A DNA stretch of 58,922 nt, counting the filler, from Sphacelaria rigidula (taxonomy: Eukaryota), in the NCBI GenBank assembly GCA_964200075.2. It is 10 parts of 10 records of this genome, joined end to end, with 100 filler letters (N's around TTAATTAATTAA, not from the genome) between each part and the next. Parts side by side here need not be neighbours in the genome. Positions count along the whole stretch, not along the records: positions 23,611 to 29,412 come from CAXNAA020024352.1; positions 29,513 to 35,314 come from CAXNAA020024353.1; positions 35,415 to 41,216 come from CAXNAA020024354.1; 7 more parts are not named here. One strand, written 5' to 3'. The stretch's first letter is position 1. The number at the start of each line of letters is the position of its first letter. This document shows positions 23,685 through 35,485 of this stretch, one piece after another. The translations under genes and the position numbers were made by a program. Below the pieces are notes generated by a model. That model was not told where the DNA came from. It saw only the letters and a list, made by a program, of their open reading frames with translations, and did not search any database.

Positions 23685-26600
23685 ACTGTATCAAGCCCCG
23701 TGTAAAGATTGCAGCATGTTTGCTCTCTGTGAGTTGTATGCGCAGATGCACCAAATAAAAACCCCAGCTACACACTTTGCCGACGGTGCAGTAGCGTACA
23801 CTCGAAGCAGCACTGCAGGCTAGTAGGTAGTTACTGGATTGTTTCTGCTCTTCACTTAGAAAATGCGTTTGTCTGCAAACGATGACTACCGTGCTTGACC
23901 CCAACAGCTCCAACACCGCTGCCGGGGCACACACGGTCTAAGAAGATGGACATCGCCAACCCGCGGTGCTGTTTTCTCTACGGCATAGCCCAGGGTGTAA
24001 CTGGCAAGGTTCGTGTAACTGGCCAGATTTACCGTTCACGTCATCACCACGGCCTGAAAATGATAGGGGGGTTCTTGTGGTTTTTTTCTATCGCAATCAA
24101 CCGGGTATTCTGCGTCTTTCTGATCCCACGTGAAGATATTGACATTTCCCTGACAGGCACGCCGTCGGCGTTTCGCGGGCTTGAAGTCATTTTCATTCGA
24201 TCCTAGTATACAATTTCCGCCACCCCAGCAGCCATCTGTCGCAACACGTGTACGGCATACAGTATGGTACGTTGTTTGTATCGCGATCGCATTTTTCGTA
24301 CTATACGCAGTACACTTGTCGACAGCAAATGCCAGGGGTGCACTGCGGAATACCACGGGTATAAACAGGAAGCGTGGACAGAGAAGCATAACTGGCGGTA
24401 GTAATGTCCATCGGTACTCCTCGTGCAGTCCCTGCAGCACACCGTCGAGCGGGTCTTCCGCGATGAGGGTAGTTGTGACGGACATCTATCGGTTCAAGTT
24501 TGGGTAAGACGTTGAAGCCTATCGCGTGAAATGATGCACGGTGTCAGCACCGTGCAGCGCGATCGACTGTTACAGGTAATTTGAAGCAAATACGGCGCAC
24601 GAGTCTTTTCACCGCACATTCCGGCCGTGCTGGGATACAGAGACCTTCAATATCCTTGGCGTCATGTGATACAATAAGTTACAGCCCAGGTACGCGCGGG
24701 ATTTTCGTCGCCAGTTCGGAATCGTTTCTCATCACAGCTCAAGTGTACGTACGCGAGGCACCAGCTGCGAAGGCCTGGGCTGATACTACGGTAGGGGCGT
24801 ACTTTTTGTGTCTGAGATCAAGATTTATTTTCTTGCCTTCATCTAATCCAAAACGACTGATGAAATATGTGAGAGTGCGCCAGGTTTGTAATTCTAAAGT
24901 ACGAACAATATCCTGAATGAATTTGCAAACGAGGATGCCCTGACCCACATCGTTGTGCATCTTGACTCGTTCGGAGACCCTGAACCAGACAAGGTTTTGC
25001 GTCAAAAGTGCACTCCTGCCGTAGCGGTGCTCCCGGGGGGAACCTTGCCCTCTCGCGTTATCATGACCCCCCAATATTTGTGTCGATCACCATTTCGATG
25101 GTTGTTTGTGCAGTAGTTGGGATGTGGATCCTCTGTAAAGCACGGTCCATGGGCCCAACTTGTTGTGGTCGTTGTCGTTGTTGTGTACAGAATTTACACC
25201 GTGGCCACATCACTGCATCGCTTTGTACCTAGAATACTACGCGGACGCTTCCCGTGATGACAGGAAAATGTTTCAAACATAGGGTTGAAAAAATTGAAAA
25301 AATCAATCGTGCTACAAAGAAATCGCACAGATGCGATACAAAAACATCAAGAAAACGAATGAAAGTGGTATCAAAACAAGTAAAACACAAAGGAGACAAA
25401 AATAGGGGGTTGGCGCGCGCGATCGCTTCGCAGTAGCAACTCGTGCGCACCGCACGAGCATACACATCGCAAATCCAGATAGGTTTAGCGTGCCTCCTCG
25501 TCCCTCGCGATGATATCCCACCTACCGTGTGCCGTGAAAACGCACCCCAATGATTTCAAGCTTCGCACCGCTCGGTGAGTAATACAACCTGAAATGAGTG
25601 TTACCGTGCAGCACCGCCACAACGATGAAATGACGCCCCTGTCCGGTGGCGCCATGGCGCCACTTCAAAACCTTTGGCTCTACCCGCCCCGGCCCCGCGT
25701 AAATGCCGTCGCACCGCACGGCCCGCTAATTTGGGCGCTTCTACACTTCCACAAAAATTGTCTTTGTCGTCGCAATTGCCACCACCTTATCACCCAACGA
25801 TTAAGTCGGCATCACACATGACGGCCGGGCCGTGGCGCGTTCACCACGGCCGCCAAGGACACTCGCCACCGGGTCCGGACGTTGGGATTTGCGCTGCAGA
25901 ATCACGGGGTGACCGGCGTTACTACACCATAATTAAATCTGCCCCGTCCCTGCGTCCACGGTTACTCCCGTGAAATGTCATACGTTGCCATCCTGCGGCG
26001 CCCTTCGTCCCATGGACATCGGGTAAATCTTCAGGGCTGTCCGACGTGAATACCTGCGCCACTCCCTGTAACAAGCGCGCACGACGATGGTGTGGCGTGC
26101 TTAATTCCGGTGATATTCCAGCATGAAATCGCTCTATTAGACTCATTGATGGGCTGTGGAATTTTGACAGACCCCCCCGGGAATCTACCCGTGGTCTCAT
26201 GATGGACGTACCCAATGAGAAGAATACTGAAACACTTGCCGAAGAAAAAAAGGAACACATAAAAGAGGAAGTCGATCAGAACCACATTCTACAGTGATAT
26301 ATCAGACAAAAATAATACTCAAGTGCGAGAATCAGTGAACGAACGAATCAATCAATCAAGCATTGACGACTACAAAAAGGGTCAAGAAAAGCTAAGCACA
26401 CAAGTTAATGGCCGGCCTAAAACCGGAAAATAAGGACAAGAAGAGGAAAGTAAAGAGCAGTGGTGATAAAATTAAAATAATACGAAGCATGATGTAGAAA
26501 AGGGCGAAAGCCTCAGGGATTGAGGGCGGCAGAGCAGGTACAGATGCGCACCAGTGAGCACAGTTCGGTCATCGAACAACATAGTGAACAACCGATCTGA

Positions 26601-27559
26601 TTCATGTCAGACGCAATAGTCACTACTGCGGGGAATTTTGTAAACGTTCTCATCTGCGGCGATTTTGCATGACTTGCGCGCGCGACTCCTGTTGTTGCCG
26701 TGCGGTTTTCCACTGTTGTGTTCTGTACGGTCTGTATACCAGATGCACTCTCTCAGGTATTCACGACATTTTAGTACGCTGTCTGTTACTTTTTGTTGTA
26801 CGTCTGCGTGTATGATATACCTCTGGTATCCGTTTATTCTGCTTCAAACGGTTTCCAGGGTCGGTTTTGAGTTTTGTTATGTCTTCGGTACGTCTATCAT
26901 GTCACCACCGTCGACTTCCTGGGGGGTTACTTCAAGTGCGACAACCAGATCGACCAAGGAATCATTTACCGTGCCAGGCGATTTCTGAAACTCGGAGGTA
27001 CTTTCATATCCTCATCCCATGGTTGTCAGAGTTCTTCAAATCTCCCGTCCCGTTACAGGGGGAGTGGATGCGCTCTTCATAACGTGCCCGGTTGTGGGCG
27101 CGCTTTGCTGTGTACTCTCCACATCCTGCCAGATATTTTCCGTCAATTCAGTACGCCTCCCGTGTACCCTTGCCTGACGATGACGCCAGTTATGATTTTA
27201 TTCCCTGACTTTCCGCCACGTTTTATCCGAGACAATTCACCACCTACTGCCTGTGTTGCGTGAGAGGGATGGACGTGGGGGGGGTGCGGCTTCCTCCGGC
27301 TGTTCATGGTTCTCATCTTTATTCCATTTTCTGCTCGTGTCTTTATTCGTAGGTGTATCGGAGTCTGTGAGTAAACGGCTCCAGTTCCATCTCTTCCTAC
27401 AGATACCGGGGCATGATGTCGGCATACCACCTTGCACCTATGACCACGGGTTGAAGTCAAGCGTCTGATGCGCGGAAATACTACTGGTAGGTATAACGTG
27501 AACAAAAACGGCACTAGTGCTAGTCATTCCGCCGTGATGCTATTCATAGCATTTAAAAA

Positions 27560-27613
27560 AAATACGTGCTTAGTCAGCATCCGTCATCCCGGATGCTGAC
27601 TAAGCACGTATTT
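27560..27613. repeat. Perfect inverted repeat with 24-bp arms and a 6-nt loop
   Basis: AAATACGTGCTTAGTCAGCATCCG-tcatcc-CGGATGCTGACTAAGCACGTATTT. Confidence 0.95.
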
Positions 27614-28899
27614 GTTTTAGGATGACTACGGGCGACCGGTATCCCAAGAAGGAGATGGGGGACAGGAGGCAACACTCAACTACTGTATTCCCGGTGATAC
27701 GGACACGGCGTGTTGTTCAACGGGGGTTGTCCCCTGCCATCTCTCACCTAGCACGCACGTGTATGCCCTTGTAGCTCCGCGTGTGTACTGCAAAGGACAG
27801 ACATCATTGAGTGCTCACCATGCCGCTGCAAGTGGGTGCTCCCGTCCGCTCAGACGTCCCGGGGCTCCGGTTAGTTCTCCGCATCCGACTCCTCTCCACT
27901 GTCTGCCGCGCTACTATCTGGTTACACCGACACCATGGGGAGAAAATTGGGAGCAAAAAGGTACACGAAACATGACCATGGAAATACGAAGTATTGTGTG
28001 TTGGAGCCTGAAGGCTGACGGCTGTCGGCGTATGTGGCGACTACGTACGCCACATGGTGCACTTGCGAGCGAATAAAAATCGCAAGTTTATGCGTGTTTT
28101 AGGCGCGTTTATGCCTGTGTCAAGCAAGTCAAGCTCGTTTCAAGCGTATTAATCCGATCACAAGCTTTATGCCGAACAGGCCTATTCAAGCTAAATAAAA
28201 CGGAACAAACACGTACTTGGGGCGGAACATGCCCTGCACCTGAGTCTGACTCGTCTTCGTCCGACCGCAAGTCACTCGCGCGCCGCTGGAAACCCCCCGA
28301 TTCCCTGCTGCCACCTGCAAAGCGCACGCATATGGCCTGCAGTCCCTCAATATTGAGGACAGGTGATTTGTTTTTATTGAATGTGGAGCGGCAAAAAATA
28401 CCTTCCCAAACCCAATATGATACAAGACGGCAAGCGAAAAAAGGTCAACAAATATGCGCATTGCGAAAATATCGCATAACACCACAAATGAATGCTTACA
28501 CCGCCCACAACTGTAGGCGCTTCTGCACACGCGGAGGCCTCCGCATCCGTGCCATGGCCCACAGGGCTGCGCCACAGGAAGGAAAGAGATGTGATGGCAT
28601 AATACTCACGTGGGGCGGCCGTAAACACAAGAAATTATCCCCCATTTAAAACATATGCGACGGCTCCGTCGGCAGGGGCTCACATTCTACTCCGAATTCT
28701 TCAACCGACCCTGTACACCTGACGTCTACCTGTTCGACATCGGCAGTTGCCGACGAAGCAGATCCTCTACCTGTTCGATGGCGGACACATTTGCGCCTCT
28801 ACTGTTCGATGTAACCCGCCATCGCCCACCCGAACAGTACAATCGACAATCACATACGTGAAACAGACATGGGCCCAATTTGCGCGCAAGGGCGGTGCT

Positions 28900-29412
28900 T
28901 CACTCACCGTCTGCGGGCCCCGCAACCCCTGAAGTAGCACCCCGTGCATGTCCCGTTGAGATCGCCGCGGCCACTACGTCCTCCGGGCCCATCTCGGGAG
29001 GTCCGCATGCACCCTTGCAGCCACAATATCCATATACACATCTCTTGCCCCTCTTGCCATAACTGCAGGTCTTGCATTTGTGCCTCGCAGCCGTGTCTGG
29101 CTTACACTGACACTTCAGAAACTTGACTCGCCCCCCCTGCATGAGGAGAGCATGCGGCGACAGTCTGAACACCACATTCTCCTTCGTCAGAGGCGCGCTG
29201 TCGTCCCCATCACTTGTACACCAGCCGCGGCCTTCGAACGAAATCGGAGGGGTTGGGAACTGGATGGCTCCTTGCCAATATTCCCAGACGGCGTCGGCCC
29301 TGCGAACGTGCAATTCGAGCGCATCCCACCTCGGACAATTCTTCTTACCCGTTGCTCCTTTGGCGGTCCAGATCGCATCCTGCACCACATGTGCAAATTT
29401 CCGGGCATCCCT
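28900..29412 (-). mobile_element. C-terminal fragment of an Academ (AcademX)-like transposon protein with a Cys-rich (Cys8/CXC) finger
   Basis: CPRWDALELHVRRADAVWEYW...GRGW...LL...KCQCK...CKTCS...KRCVYGYCGCKGAC matches the PxxxALxLHxxRA...W...GW...CxC..C..C..CxC..C pattern I recall for the C-terminus of Academ XPG-type proteins. Cut by the contig end. Confidence 0.6.
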
Positions 29413-30262
29413 NNNNNNNNNNNNNNNNNNNNNNNNNNNNNNNNNNNNNNNNNNNNTTAATTAATTAANNNNNNNNNNNNNNNNNNNNNNNNNNNNNNNN
29501 NNNNNNNNNNNNTGGGGGGCCGGAATGTGAAGGGTTTTTTTATAAGGGGGGGGAACGGTGCCCCCTCTCAAAGGGGGGGGGGGGACAAACCCCCCCCCCC
29601 CCCCCCCCCCGGTATACGTGCCACTCAGTTCTGACGAGACACCACCTTCTCAGCGGAGCTCGGGGAGTATGTTGGCGAATTGGGCACCTATTGCACTGAC
29701 TGTATCGCCAGTTCTACCATGCTTGAGCTCATAAGGGTGCAGCAGCGTCACGCAAAACGTTGCACGCACGGCCCAATTCGACGACTCTAGAGCTGATATG
29801 TCACGAAGACCTCCTGCACCCAAGGAAATGATACATCACGGGAGCAGCTGCAGATTCTCGTCATTTTCCTGGACTTCCGACATTGTCTTTTTTTCGCTCC
29901 AATTTCAAACCCTCGAAACTTCTTTTTTCTTCTTGTTTTTTTTTCCTCTCTCGTCATATTCTGCATGTTGATCATGATGAGCTGCTGTCAAAATTCTAGC
30001 GTCAAACTCCTCATTTTACGCTGTGCGTCGCCTGAGCGAGAAACGCACCGACTCATGGCTGGGCTGGTCCAGCTCGTAGCCGCGTTGGTGTGAACTCAAG
30101 CGCCGTTTTCTTCGGCTTCGATGTTTCATGAAACGGATGTACCAGATATGTACCTGATCGCTTCGTTAGCATTGAAAATAAATAGTTTGGGCTAAATGCA
30201 GTAACCCTTCAGTAACCCTTCCCGTGCTTACTCACCTCTCACTTCCTCTTGAACGAAACCAG

Positions 30263-33200
30263 CGAGTCTGCGTATCACGCGGGAGACGAGGTGGCCGTGG
30301 CTTGGTTCTACGAAGGAACTGCGGAGAAGTTTCAGATCACGTTGCAGAAACAAGGGAAGGATGTAGCAGATCTCTGCGAGAACGAAGAGAATGGGGTCTG
30401 CTATGACTTGACGCAGGACCAGACCGTCGTTCTCCCCGAGTGAGTGGCAAGTGGGATGTTTGTGTTCTTATCGCCAAAGGTTATGTAACTTATTTCATCC
30501 ACCATGTCGAGCTCATCCCATGCAAATGGGATCGCCGCAGGGTCAAGATCATAGCTGGACTCCCAGCTTACCTTTTTCCAGTCACGATACGGGCTCTTGA
30601 ATCAAGAGTTATTACTTCAGTGCGGTAAGGGGGCAATAGTAGATGGACGTTGGGTCACCGACCGGGTTTGTAGCTGACGAGTCCACGTGGAGGCGGTGTC
30701 CTCGGTAGCTAACGGCAGTGGAAGTAGTCGTCGGTCAATTGAACAGTTTCACAGCCTGGACAACAGATTCCATTGTCGAAAAGTGTGCAGCGTAGAGTAT
30801 CGACTGTTGCGTTCATTGCAATAGACGAGAGGTTTCATAGTGTTGTGCGCAGTACATTGTTCGGCAGTGGAATCTAGTGTCCAGGGTGTGAACAGTTTGC
30901 CACAAATACGTGGGGGCAGTTTTTCGCCCAGATGCCCGCTCGACTCTTTTTTCTCCGGCGGGCCGGGATCGTTAGTTCCTGAAGCATGGTGTGCAGTTGA
31001 CTCCCTGAGAAAGCCCGGCCCGCCTCACCTATCGGCATCAACAGCAAGCTAGGGTTGCACCTCGTTCTGGTCACGTGATACAGTCACTTCGTAATGTTCC
31101 GTGTCTAGTGCCTCCAACACGAAATACAACACACTCGCCTCACGTTTCGCTCCAACCGATGTGCGTACTGATCACACTCATCAGAGACCTTGAATCGGGA
31201 TCGGACTACACGATCACCGTGGAGGACAACGATACGGGCGATTCGCACGTGTCGGACCCCTTCACCGTCATCGGCGACACCGATGTCAACATAGAGATCA
31301 CCTCTCCTGACGGGTATGTTCTTGTCGTACCTGTCATGCTGTCTGATTTTTGTCGGCTGGAGATGACGATGTAAACTGCTGTATGGCGTCGGCTCTGCGA
31401 GTATTGGCCTCACCTTGTATCTTGTCTACTGCTGCATGATTGGCGGTCATCTCTTATCTATTTGAGCCAACAACGACCTTCACAGGAACGTCGTTGTAGA
31501 GTGCTGCTGGTTTGGCACTTGCAAGTAACGTTACCTGACATAGAGTGTAGAGCGCTGATCGAGAGTGGCGTTGGTCACTCGCTTTACCTCAGCCAATATT
31601 TCATTCCGTGTGTGCTTATTTTTGCCTCCATCACTAGCGTGTGCTCACAACTACACGTAGATATCCCACCCTGGAACCCCAAGGGTCTCAGTGGAAAGCT
31701 ACTACAGAACGCATATCGGGCCTCGCGAAAGGGTATTTCGGAACTAAAACGGTTCATTCACTACTTGACCGCTCTTCACCCTCAATCGTATCCTCTACTC
31801 TCAATCTCACGAAAATATTGTCGAGCACGGCGGTGTGGTACATCTATCTGACTCACCATGGAAGGCCAAACCTCCCATGCCCCCCACCCCCCGCGCCACC
31901 CTCGGTGACGTATTTCTGTTCTCTAACAGTCATTTCTGAGAAAATTTTCTTCTGAGAGTACCGCAACGTGTTTGTACTGGTCTCTTCACTTGCATAGTAC
32001 ATTCTACTGAGCGTGTCCCATTTCCCCCCACCCTCGCGCACGTGATGAGCTTTCAAATGTTGGAGGTGTGTCCATCAGGGGTAGGAAAGGTGCTCCGTCC
32101 CGAAAGCGATATGTGGTCAATTGTCGAACGAATAAGGCAAGCAACATGTGGGTACGCCCCCCCCCTCCGCGCGCACGCACGCACGCACGCTTTATTGAAT
32201 TGATGCAGGACCTCTTCCTTCGAAGCGGGGGAACAGATCGAGGTGGAGTGGCTGTACGTGGGCGATAACCAGTTGTTCGATATATACGTTCGTCAGGGTG
32301 ACGGTGACTTGAGCGTCCGTGTAAGCGAGAACCTCTGCGCGGGAGAGAGCAGCGGGTCTTGCCTGGGGTCGAATGTCGGATCGGCCACGGTGACGATCCC
32401 TGCGGAGTTGGCTGATGGCTCCGACTACACTCTGCTCGTTGTGGACACCGAAGACGATGACGCGTACGGCATATCGGTCTCGCTCTCCGTGGGTATTGAA
32501 TTGTCGAGTGAGATCAATGAGGGATTCTCGACCGGCACCAGCCTCGCCATCGTTATCGGCGCGTGCGCCGGAGGTGCGTGTGATGCGGTGAAGTCGCCGT
32601 CGTTGGCTGCAAGATATTGTTGACCCTGCGATGTTTAGAAGCATGATTCGTGTGCCGCATGCCGTAGCTGTGAGTACGGAGGTGCATTTGCCGAATGTGT
32701 ATTTCCTTGTGTTTGGATTTCCCCTCTCCACTTTTGCACATAACTGTTCCCGCCACCCCTGTCGGACGACGAGCCGAATCTATAACCGAAACGTCTCGTA
32801 TCGGTAAGTCGAGGTAATCAACTTTGTTTTCTGGTGAAATATAACATGGATTGCAGCTCCCATTTATTGGCTAGAGCCAAATTTTTCGAGGTCACGTGAC
32901 GGACCGTTGTACAGAGAGGTAAGAACGAGGCTATTGAGCCGCCCCCCTCCCCGTGCTCCCTGTTTTGGAGGAAATTTTGCCATTTGACACTCACGCCGGA
33001 GAACGATGTTGAACACTCGACCTCCCCCCCCCCGCGACCCCTGCATTTCATGCTTGCTGTGCAGGGATCTGCTTGGTAGCACTGCTCATGGCCGTGATGC
33101 GCAGAAGAAAGAAGGAGAAACTGCGCGAAGAGAAGTTGGCCACCCTGGACATGATGCAAAAACGCCGACGCGCCCCGTCCGTTGCCCTCGCCGTCGAGGA

Positions 33201-33674
33201 CATGGCGCTGCCCGACACACCTCAGGTGCGTGTTTTTGATGTCGCACAAGGAAAGCATCTGCCGAAATCGAAGAGTGCCCTCCGTTTCGGCTCTGTATTG
33301 AAAGTGCACTGTCAACTGGAATGTGTGATACGTTGTCGTGGTACGTGGTACGTGTTTCTGTACATGCGTTACGTAAAAGCTTTACCCGCGTGTTTCGGCT
33401 GGCGGGTGATACATTGTTTGCCCAGGGAGACGAGGACGTTGCGTTCCTGGCGCGCGGGTATGGTGAGAATTGTTTAAAGCATAAAAGTTGACAGGGAGTC
33501 TTTCGAAAATAGCGCATAGCGTGTCTTACTTGTCCCACTGCTTTATCCTGAACGTAGACTAACACGTTCAGCTTTCCTGACAGCAGCCACGCGCCCCGGA
33601 GTTCATCTACTGTGCACTTATTCAAAAATTCAAACCACACGTGCGCAGGTAGAGTGAGCACACCCTCCCTTCCC

Positions 33675-33735
<61 letters not shown>

Positions 33736-34040
33736 CCCTACGCTATCACATCGTCTCCGAAGAGCCTTTTATAAACAAATGCGAGTGTCTATTTCGGGTT
33801 TTTTCTTTCTCTCTTGTTCTCCATCCCCCAACGAAATTCGTGCAGTCGGACCATGGCAAGGATTCGAAGAGGAACTTCATCAACCCGATTTATTCCACGA
33901 GCCAGAGTTACTACGAGGGGCAAATTACGCCGCCTCCCGAGGATACCACTCTCTGGCGTCGGAGCCGGGAGATGGGTCGCTACGTGGGCCGGCAAATCAG
34001 CCAAACGATCAGTCGTTCTGAAAGCCTATTGGATGACTGA
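30263..34040 (+). CDS. Single-pass membrane protein with two Kre9/Knh1-like (PF10342-type) beta-sandwich repeats. Exons 30263-30439, 31185-31313, 32209-32573, 33065-33225 and 33846-34040; 5' end not resolved
   Basis: Five CAG/GT exons join in consistent phase to TGA at 34038-34040. Two repeats (AGDEVAVAW..FQITL..TVVLPEDLESGSDYTITV and AGEQIEVEW..FDIYV..TVTIPAELADGSDYTLLV) precede a TM segment SLAIVIGACAGGICLVALLMAVM, a basic stop-transfer RRRKK and a cytoplasmic tail. Confidence 0.88.
31500..31850 (+). repeat. Dispersed repeat of about 350 bp (family E), intronic
   Basis: Reverse-complement homolog at about 37540-37860 on another contig (shared ctcaatcgtatcctctactctcaa.ctcacgaaaa and ttcggaact.aaacg.t.cattcacta). 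Confidence 0.8.
32043..32165 (+). mobile_element. LINE 3' end, subfamily A, with a degenerate target-site duplication, about 40 nt upstream of a splice acceptor
   Basis: Flanks are CCCCCCACCCTCGCGCACG (32024-32042) and CCCCCCCCCTCCGCGCGCACG (32157-32177). Confidence 0.8.
33664..33738. repeat. Long poly(C) tract, one of many (also about 1605, 5743, 17501 and 35187)
   Basis: Homopolymer run seen directly. Several contig ends coincide with such tracts. Confidence 0.95.
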
Positions 34041-35187
34041 CTCGATAGTATTAGTAAATAATGGTACGGTAAAAAGCGAAACGATATGTAGGCAAGAAAT
34101 GACGTGTGTGTGGGTATTATCCGTTCGCGCGTGTATGTGTGTGTGTGTAATGTCGCCGACATGGCGTAAGAGCCTCTCTCTCTGGCACCGCCTCCCTTTC
34201 CCCCCCGCCCTTTCCCCCTACCCTTCTTTACCCTCCTTAACCCTTCTTATGTTACATACCTGTAGCTCCCTATCCTGTTGACAACTTTGCGCCTGTACGC
34301 ATCTCACACGCTGATGAGGGTATCATCACGTCCGTCTCACGTATCTTTTGACGATGATTATTGTTATTTTTCACGTGCTCTTGATATCTTCTCGTCCGTG
34401 CCGCCGTGCACTGTCTTCTTTTTGTGTCCCCTCGCGTTTCTCATTGTCGGGGGGACTTGAATTTTTCGTGTATTACGACGACAAAAATACAGGGCAAAAG
34501 CGGAATCTGTGTTCGTTTGTCGCTTTGCCTGCCCAAGAAGTGGAGATCCAGGTCCTTGGTCGAATCTCCCCGGGGCACGGGAACACCTCAGGATGAAGGC
34601 AAAAGCCCTGACCGCGGCGACCCCATGTGCTGAATTTTTGTTTCGGAACATTTTGACTCCTTCAGAGCTAGTTTTTTTGTGTTTATTTTTATTTTTCGGC
34701 ACTTGAGTTTCTGTTTAGGCATTTCAAACGCGGGTCTAGCCGCGCGCTGTTGCTGTGGATACTGAAACGTGGTTTTGTCAGTCCGCTTTTTTCCTCGTGA
34801 ATTTGCGACGTGATCGTCCTCCTCCACTTCTTTCATGTTGCAGCAGCGGCAGCAGCAGCTGTCACGTTACAAAACAGTTTTCACGCGGACAGTCTCGCTT
34901 TTGATAACGAGTATACCGCGGGGCCCTCGGACGAAAAATGGCTTTTTTTTTTTGCCTCCGCAGGCCTTTGAATATTGTTTTCGTCGAATGCTGTTTTGTC
35001 AGCTGCTACTCATGTCATGCGCCGCTACATTTGCTCTTCCCTTGAGGTCGAGAGTTGTGTGTATATTTTTTTGCCCCAGCGTGTCTTGAATCAGTCTCAA
35101 CAGCGGTGACATGAAAAGAAAACGTCGAGTGTTGTCCGGATGAGTTTCCGTTCTGGATTCAAATCCCTCCCTCCCAAGCGAGTATCG

Positions 35188-35233
<46 letters not shown>

Positions 35234-35414
35234 ACACGAGCGCCCCCAAACGCCCGCCCGCGCCGCTTTCGGGGGCCCGCGGCCGTGTTGTGGCGTGTTG
35301 TTTTTTTTTTTTTTNNNNNNNNNNNNNNNNNNNNNNNNNNNNNNNNNNNNNNNNNNNNTTAATTAATTAANNNNNNNNNNNNNNNNNNNNNNNNNNNNNN
35401 NNNNNNNNNNNNNN

Positions 35415-35485
35415 CGGCTTTGTAGGGATGCGAGGTCAATGGTCTGATGACTATGGCATGCATGATCATGAGTACACCCCCCCGC
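35415..35485 (+). mobile_element. Retroposon 3' end, subfamily B, at a contig start
   Basis: Reads CGGCTTTGTAGGGATGCGAGGTCAATGGTCTGATGACTATGGCATGCATGATCATGAGTACA-Cn. Confidence 0.8.

Noticed and set aside
24581..25080. Coding-looking minus-strand fragment (also 22775-23000 and 6175-6280)
   Set aside because: No recognisable domain or consistent exon chain.
30055..30089. MAGLVQLVAALV as first exon or signal peptide of the membrane protein
   Set aside because: Phase-compatible, but it has a weak donor, is too short, and would omit the first strand of repeat 1. Left unassigned.
35440..35475. CTGATGA suggesting a hammerhead ribozyme or C/D box
   Set aside because: No GAAA/UH core is in register, and the motif falls in a variable loop not conserved in the other copies.
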